Assembly (NCBI RefSeq): GCF_009914755.1
Contig: NC_060936.1
DNA from: the human T2T-CHM13v2.0 reference genome, Homo sapiens
Direction: 5' to 3' (one strand)
Length of the DNA: 64,000 bases
In this document: in pieces, positions 55,127-64,000 of the stretch
How positions within the stretch are numbered: the first letter of the stretch is position 1
How the letters are laid out: each line of letters opens with the position of its first letter
Made by a program: the position numbers and the translations under genes
Notes under the pieces: generated by a model
Databases searched by the model: none
What the model was told of the DNA's origin: nothing
The model's input: only the letters and a program-made list of their open reading frames with translations

Positions 55127-55527
55127 CCTTGGAGTATTTTATTATAGCAAGCAATGCAGCACTACACATACAAAAACATACCCAAAGATTATACTAAGTA
55201 AGTTTTACACTTTAACACATTTAACTTTCTGGTTTTTTCTCTAATAGAGAGCCAAAAAATTATAGCAACAAAATATTTTTTCCAAGACATATGTGTGCAC
55301 ATACTGTGATTTTTGAATGGTAACAATATGACTGAAATTATTTTATTTAAGGATAAATTTAGGGATAATCATCTGTATAATTTAATATCTACAGTACCAT
55401 AATTTATTGAAAATTCAGTAATTTCTGTCACTTTGTGCATTGTAAATAAATTGGAAATAAGAACAAAAGGTGTCCAGCAATGTATCAATATTCAAAATTT
55501 GATGTTTCAAATTAAGATTAGCATTAA

Positions 55528-55892
<365 letters not shown>

Positions 55893-57193
55893 CTAAAATT
55901 TTAACTTGCGTTTATAACTACTATAATAGTCTATTTGACTTTATTCAGCAAAAACTCTAATAATTACAATTCTATCTATGAGAATATGTAGTTTCAGTGT
56001 AATTTTATATTCATTATTTTACTTTTTTTGCCTTTTAAATATTTTTATTATTGTGGAACACAGCATACAGACAGAAAGCAACAAAACCTAAAAGCACAGT
56101 AAGAGAAAAAATTATAACTTTACTCCCCGTGTTTACCACATCTTGGTCAAAAAATGGAATTTTCCAGCCATCCAGACACTCCCCATATATGCCTTCTGTT
56201 GATCCCATTCTCCTCTTGTTTTCCTCCTCCCTACTATCCATATTGTTGTAATAGTCACTCATATGTTTCACTTTAGAGTTTTGTCACCAATGTAATAAAT
56301 TGCAATGTATTAAAGATATATTTTTGAAAACTTTATATAAATGGAATTAAAATGAATGTTTTTCACTATTGATAGATCCTCTTACACTTGTATTATCTAA
56401 TCAGCTCAAATTTGTTTATTTTCTTTGTTATATACATTTTTTGTAAACATGTCTCTCTAGTTGGTTCATTTTGATTACTGTATAGTACTATACTATTATA
56501 TAGGTATGCCATAATTTATTTATCTATTTTATCACTGATGGACATTTGAGAAACTTCTCAACTTTAGCTATGAAAACACAGTGATATTCATGTGTGTGTA
56601 TACATTTTCTGGTAAGAGTACCTGTACTGAGTCTTAAGATGTGCTCCTTCATCTTCATCAGATAATGCCATACTAAGCCAAAGAATTATATCAATTTATA
56701 CTTCTAGGAGCAGTGTTTGAAAATTCTCATTACTTCTTGTTCTTTTCAAAATGAGTAATATCAGAATAATTTTCACACTTTTATATTTATATAAAAATTA
56801 TTAAACTTAACATTTTATAATTCTTTTTCTATTCAATTTTAAAACGTAACTTTAGTTCAAAAATTACATATTACTCTTTTATCATTCTATGATTGTGATT
56901 TTATACACATTTCTCAAGAATGAATTGTATATTTTATGCACTTATTCGTATTCTATTATTAAATTTTCTAATCATTTTTCATGAAGTTTCAAATTCTCAT
57001 TTGATATCAGCAAATAGAATTATACCAGAGATATGCCTTCAGTCAAACATTATGTCAGATCATTTTGAGAAAATATGATTAGTTATTGGCATATTGCAAG
57101 GGAAATTTGGAGTGTTTAACAGGTCCTGAAAGGACTCATACAAAGTGTTGAAATATAAAAATGTTTATACATTTAATATAGGTATCATGGGAA

Positions 57194-57250
57194 AATACAA
57201 ATTCTACCATTACTAGTATGGAAAAAAATGATTGGTAGTAAACTTCCCAT
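57194..57250 (-). pseudogene. TAS2R stub B: ATG plus ~18 codons
   Basis: MGSLLPIIF(fs)SILVMVEFV; same truncation point as stub A. Confidence 0.78.
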
Positions 57251-57579
57251 GAACTGAACAAACACACCTTAAAAAAAGGCAAGTCTAATATCACTGGGCA
57301 TGATCCCCCTTAAGGTCCTGACCTTAAACTCTATGTGTACCTGAATTCTGAATGTGCACTAATATTTTTGATGCTTTTAAATTCAGCTGTGTGACCAATG
57401 TCAAGCAGTAAAGCACCAGCACATGCTTATAGATGAGTTCAATGCTGTCTTTATGGAAAATATGTTATTCTCAGAACAGCTCAAGTTAACTACTATTCAT
57501 ACAGTGTTCTTTCTATTTTTTCTTTTGAAAAAATTTGAATAAAATTTTTCATAATGACGTTGAAGTAAAAGCTGATTTC

Positions 57580-57601
57580 TCATTTGCAAGCATGCAAATG
57601 A
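57580..57601. promoter_or_regulatory. Octamer-containing inverted repeat upstream of stub B
   Basis: TCATTTGCA-AGCA-TGCAAATGA, identical to copy A. Confidence 0.55.
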
Positions 57602-58680
57602 AGACATATTCTCTTTCATTGTTTTGCAATTTTTTCCCTCTTTAACTTCTCCATAATTTTTGTTCAGCAACATCAGTTGTTAGGAAAATTTTAAAACCCA
57701 ATACATAGATTATATATTGGATATCTACATTTTTGAAGGGAGTTTGGTCGTAACTAGAATCATGGCCAAAGTGAATTTGTTTTCCTCAGTACCAGATTTA
57801 TGTAGACAGAATCCAACTTTTCCTATCAAATGCATTCAAGATTTTTTTGGGAACCCCAGGAAGGCCAGTACTCTTTAAAATCTGGTTGCTGCTAATACCT
57901 CTGTATAACCTTATTGGTAACAAGCCAATTAACACGTACAAAGCACCACAACCCCCCCCCCCCCCCGCCCGCCCACACACACACCACATGGATGGGAGAA
58001 ATTATTGTCCTATAATTTTCAAAATGAAGAATAAATTTCAGGGAGGTCATGTAGGTTGAAAAGTCCTTATTTTCCCACTCATGCTTTTTAGCCCATTTTC
58101 AATATTTATCAAACTGATCTCTCATGCTTAGGTCTATAAGTAAGTTATCCTTTTGGGTCTATTAAGTCTTTAAATATTAATTATTTAATTAAAAATATTA
58201 AGCAATTTTGTAAATATTCCTTGAGCACTTAAAAAACATGTGTTTTCCACTGAAGAAACTAGACTTCTCTACATGTGATATTTGAAGATATTTTTTTCTT
58301 TTTAATTTATTTTTGATTACTTAATGGCTTAAGATTAATAGATGCTAAAATAAGACTCCAACCTTGGATTGTATTTCTTTTCAGTTTTGATAATATAATT
58401 GTTTCTAAGAAATGATCTTCAAGTCTGATGGCCAGGACAGAAACCCAGATACTCTGTTTCATATAGATATGAACTTAGACTATATTTTACAACTACTATC
58501 AGCCTTAGGATAGCCATCTGTAAAACGCACACAATAATAATACCCTCCTTGAGTAGGCTTTATGAGAAGTTAGTACACTACTTGTATAACTGCTTGCAAT
58601 TTCACCTGTCTGATACAGGCAGAAACCAAGTGTTGCTAGGTTTTCATTTGATCCTGTGTTACTTGATATGTAGAAGTTAC

Positions 58681-58747
58681 CTGTGAAAACTTCCACTCTT
58701 GAGTAGATACAGCAGGTTCCAGCAGGCAAAATATTCTTCTGCAGCAG
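58681..58747 (-). other. Candidate 67-nt exon (copy B), probably an exon of the long minus-strand PRH1/PRH1-TAS2R14 transcripts
   Basis: Minus strand CCTTTTATTTATCTTATCCTAG|CTG...TTCACAG|GTAACT; assignment to PRH1 transcripts is from memory of annotation, not verified. Confidence 0.6.
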
Positions 58748-59237
58748 CTAGGATAAGATAAATAAAAGGCCAAAATTATATTTTCAATTCATCGGAGAGC
58801 TGTGCAAACAAGGAGGGCCAGCTAAACTAAAATCCAGCACAAGGAGAGTCTTTAGAGGTGAAGAGTCAACTTATATATTTAATGCAATCTCTATCAAATT
58901 CTGGCGGGCTTTTTTGGTAGACCATAAAAAACTACTCCTAAAATGTATCTGGAAATGCCAAGTGACAAGAGCACCTAGAGAAATAATTTAAAAAGAACAA
59001 AGTAGGGGGATTACAGTTTCTCATTTCAAAGTTTGCTAAAAGCTGGACTAATCATCAGGACACTGGCATTTTTAATACTATAGACAAGAATAATGAAACA
59101 CAATTAAGAGTCCACAAATTAGTAACAACATTTATTATCAGCTAATTTCAAAAACCATACCATTTCAATTAAATAAGAATCATTTTTATCAATAAATGAT
59201 GCTAGACAAAATGAATATTCTCATGCATAAAGATGAA

Positions 59238-62200
59238 TTTAGGCTACTGCCAATGTCCATATAGAGGCTAGCAGCCTTGGATCCACCTGCACCCCACCCC
59301 AGTCTACAAGTGTGTACTCTGCCACACTACTGATGCTGCTGGCATGTGTGAACAAGGATGAGCCACAATGCCACTGCCCAACAAAGTGCTTAGGCTGGCA
59401 CCATCCTTCAGAGTATCGTAACCAGCAATCCAGGAACACAATAGCCCTTCCAGCATAGCAGATTCCCAACCTTAAGGGGAAAGAGAGCAAAGCCAGGGGC
59501 CCAATACTAGCCTCCCAGAGTTACGGCATTCAGCGCGGGAGTGCTGAGCTGATCCTTGGCACCCCCAAAATCTACCATAAACAAAGCTAGTAAATGAAAC
59601 CCACCTTATTCCGAAATCAAACCCCCAAGGGTATCAAAGAAGATAAAAGAAAAAAAAAGAACCCATCCAAAGTACAGCAATTTCAAAGATTCAAGGAACA
59701 TCAGCCCACACAGATGAGAAAGAATTAGCACAAGAACTCTGGCAACACGAAAAGCCAGAGAATGTCTTCTTACCTCCAAACAACCACACTAGTTCAGCAG
59801 CAATGGTTCTTGACCAGGCTGAAAAGGCAGAAATGACAGAAATAGAATTCAGAATATGGATGGGAATGAAGATCAATGAGATTCAGGAGAAAGTAAAAAC
59901 CAAATCCAAAGTTTTTAAGGAATGCAATAAAATGATGCAGAAGTTGAAATACAAAACGGTTATTTTAAAAAAGAAAAAAAAGTGTTCTGACAGAACTGAA
60001 AAACTAACATCAAGAATTTCAGAACACAATGGAAAGTATTCACGGCATAATTGAGCAAGCTGGGGAAAGAATCAACGAAGGAACCAAACTGATCTGACTG
60101 AACTAAAAACTCACAAGAAGACCATCCCCAAGGCACATAGTCATCAGCTTCTCCAAGCTCAAAATAAAAGAAAAAATGCTAAAGTCAACTGGAAGAGAAA
60201 GGACAGATCACCTACAAAGGGAACCCCATCAGGCTAACAATGGACCTTTTAGTAGAAGCCCTACAAACAGAAAGAGAATGGGGGCTTACATTCAGCAGTT
60301 TTGTTTTTTAAAAAGAATTTTTAATCAAGAATTTCGTATCCACCCAAACTAAGCTTCATAAGTGAAGGGGAAATAAGATCTTTTCAGACAAGCAAATGCT
60401 AAGGGATTTCATTACCACCAGCCGTGCCTCACAAGGGGTCCTGAAGGGAGTACTAAACATGGAAAGAAAAGATCTTCACTGACAACACAAATACACTTAA
60501 GTACATAGACCAGTAACACTATAAAGTAACCACACAACCCAATCTGCATAATAACCAGCTAACAACATGATGAAACAATCAAATCTTCACATATCAACAC
60601 TAACCTCGAATGTAAAAAGGCTAATTGCCCCAGTTAAAGAGCAAAGAGTGGCAGGTTGGATAAAAAAGCGTAGCCTAATGGTATGCTGTCCTTAAGAGAC
60701 CCATCTCACGTGTAATGATACGCATAGGCTCGAAGTAAAGGAATGAAGAAAAATCTACCAAGCAAATAAAAAATAGAAAAAAAAAAAAACAGAGTTACTA
60801 TTCTAATTTCATAAAAAAAGTCTTTAAATCAACAAAGATCAAAAAAGACAAGGAAGGGCATTATGTAAAGTAAAAGACTCAATTCACGAGAAGACCTAAC
60901 TATTCTGAATATATATGCAGCCAACATAGGAACACCCAGATTCATAATGCAAGTTCTTAGAGACCTATGAAAAGACTTAGATAAACACACAACACTAGTG
61001 GGAGAATTCAACACCCCACAGACAGCATTAGACAGATGATCAAGACAGAAAACTGACAAAGGTACTCAGAATCTGAACTAAACACTTGACCAAATGAACC
61101 TAATAGACCACCACAGAACAGTTCACCCCAAAAGAACAGAACACACATTCTTCTCATCTGTACATGGCATGTAATCTAAAATGAACCACACAATCTAACA
61201 TAAAACAATTCCTAGCAAATACAAAACAACAAAAAATATACCAGTCACGTTCTTGGACCACAGCCCTATAAAAATGTAAGTAAATACTAAGACAATAGCT
61301 TAAAACCATATAATTACATGGAAATTAAACAACCCTCTCCTGAATGAATTTTGGGTACATATGAAATTAAGGCAGAAACCAAGAAATTCTTTGAAACTAA
61401 TGAGAAAAAAGATACAACATACCAGAATTTCTGGGATATAGCTAAGGCAGTGTTAAGAGGAAAGTTTGTAGCACTAAATGCCCACATTGAAAAGTTAGAA
61501 AGATCTCAAATTAACAACCTAACATCCCAACAAAAAGACCTAGACAACCATGAGCAAACCAATGCCAAAGCTAACAGAAGACAAGGAATAACCAACATCA
61601 GAGCTGAAGTGAAGGAAATTGCAATGCATAAAATCATACAAAAGATCAGTGGGCTGAGGAGTTTTTTTTTTTAAATTAAGATAGATAGAACACTAGCCAC
61701 AATGATAAAGAAAAAAGAGAGAATATACAAATGAACACTTTCAGAAATGACAAAGGGGACATTACCACTGACCCCACTGAAATGCAAACAACCTTCACAA
61801 ACTACTATCAACACCTCTATGCATACAAGCTAGAAAACCTAGAAGAAATGCATAAATTCCTGGGCATATACAACCTCCAAGACTGAACTAAGAAGAAATT
61901 GCATCCCTAAATAAACCGATGATGAGTTCCAAAATTGAATCAGTAATAAGAAGCCTGCCAACCAAAAAAAGCCCAGGACCAGACAGATTCACAGCTGAAT
62001 TCTATCAAATGTATAACAAAGCACTGGTATGATTTATACAGAACCTATTCTAAGAAACTGAGGAAAAGGGACTCCTCCATAACTCATTCTATAAAGCCAG
62101 CAGCACCCTAATACCTAAACTTTTCAGAGACACAACAAAAAATAGAAAACTTCAGACCAATATCCTTAATAAACACAGATGAAAAAGTACTCAAAAAATA

Positions 62201-64000
62201 CTAGCAAACTGAATCCAGCAGCACATCAAAAAGCTAATCCACCATAATCAAGTAGGCTTTATCACTAACATACAAGGTTGTTTCAGCATATGCAGATCAA
62301 TAAGTGTGCTTCATCACATAAGCAGAACTAATTAACGAAAATCGCATTATCATCTCGATAGATGCAGAAAAGGCTTTCAATAAATTCAACATCTCTTCAT
62401 ATTAAAAACTCTCAACAAACTAGGAATTGAAGGTATATACTTCACAATAATAAGCACCACCTATGACAAACAAAGCCACATCATACCGAATGAGCAAAAC
62501 TGGAAGTATTCCCCTGGAAGATAGGAACAAGACAAGGATATCTTCCCTCACCACTCTTAATCAATTACTGGAAGTCCTGGCCAAAGCAATCAGGCAACAG
62601 AAAGAAATAAAAGTCATCTAAGTAGGAAGAGAAGAAGTCAAACTATCCCTGTTTGCAGACAATGTAATCCTATACCTAGAAATCCCAACAGTATTTGCCC
62701 AAAATCTCCTTGATCTTACAAACAAACTCAGCAAATTCTCAGGATACAAAAATCAATGTACAAAAATTAGTAACATTCCTATATATCAACAACATCCAAA
62801 CAGAGACAAATAAAGAAAGCAATCCCTTTCACAATAGCAGCAAAGGAATACAACATATAGAGGAATACAGCTGACCAGGGAGGTGAAATATCGCTACAAA
62901 GAGTATTACAAAACATTGCTCACAGAAATCAAATATGACACAGACAAGTGGAAAAAGATTCCGAGCTCATGGATAGAAAGAATCAATACTGCTAAAATGC
63001 CCATGCTGCCTAAAGCAATTTACAGATTCAGTGCTATTTCTGACAAACTACCAGTGACATTCTTCACCAAAGTAGAAAAAAACTATTTTAAAGTTCATAT
63101 GGAATAAAAAAAAAAAAAAAAGAAAGAGCCCAAATAGCCATGGCAATCCCAAGGAAAAAGAACAAGCTGGAGGCACATTACCTAACTTTGAACCATACTG
63201 CAAGGCAACAGTAACCAAAGCAGCATGGCAATGGTACAAAAACAGGCACATAGACCAAGGAAATGGAATAGAGAGCCCAGAAATAATGCCACCCACCTAC
63301 AGCCATCTGATCTTCAACAAAGTTAAGAAAAACAAGCAATGGGGACAGACCCCCTATTCAACAAATAATGCTGAGATAACTGGCTAGTCACATGCAGAAG
63401 ATTCAAACTGGATACTTTCCTAATACATATACAAAAATCAAAGCAAGCTGGATTAAATACTAAAATGTAAAACCTAAAACTGTAAAAAGAAAAATAACAC
63501 CTGAAAAATAACCTAGGAAATACCTTTCTGGACATAGGACCTGGCAAAGAGTTCATGACAAAGATGCCAAAAGCAATTGCAACAAAAACAGAAATTGATA
63601 AATGAAACTTAATTAAACTAAAGAGTTTCTGCACAAGAAAAGAAATTATCAACAGAGTAAACAGACAACCTGCAGAATGGGAGAAAATATTTTGCTAACT
63701 ATGCATCTGACAAAGTCCTATTCAGAATCTATAAGGAACTTGATTTTGCGAGCAAAAAACAAACACCTCCATTTAAAAATGAATAAAAGGCATAGACAAT
63801 TTTCAAGTGAAGACACAGCCAACAAGCATATGAAAAAATGCTCAATATGAATGAATCATTAAAGAAATGCAAATCAAAACCACAATGAGATAACCTCTCA
63901 CACCCCTCAGAATGCCTATTACAAAACAAACAAACAAACAAACAAACAAACAAAAACAGACTCTGTCAAGGTTGTGATGAAAGGGAATGCTTTCATACTG
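59238..64000 (+). mobile_element. Old primate L1, duplicate of 37775-43615, with an ORF1 deletion near 60075-60120
   Basis: Same 5' junction as copy A; ORF1 and ORF2 fragments. Confidence 0.9.

Overview
Human (AluYb8 present; proteins match human as I recall them) chromosome 12p13.2 salivary-PRP/bitter-taste-receptor cluster. It contains the 4-exon acidic proline-rich protein gene PRH2 (+ strand, CDS 14314-16102, PRP-2-type allele), intact TAS2R14 (- strand, 23291-24244) and the pseudogene TAS2R15P (- strand, broken by a nonsense codon). Roughly half the window is transposable elements (L1, Alu, ERV/MaLR LTRs, L2). Reading the minus strand also shows: (i) two decayed TAS2R relics (~290-2300 and ~19165-19547); (ii) an old ~8.5 kb tandem duplication (34480-42990 vs 55514-64000), each copy carrying a TAS2R 'stub' (promoter plus ~18 codons) and a 67-nt exon-like segment with both splice sites intact; (iii) a candidate 3' splice acceptor 2-3 nt before every TAS2R-type start; (iv) a conserved octamer (ATGCAAAT) quasi-palindrome 306-342 bp upstream of four of these starts. 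Together these suggest a shared-5'-exon / alternative-terminal-exon architecture for the TAS2R cluster. That model is inference and needs RNA data. Repeat family names are by eye, not from RepeatMasker.
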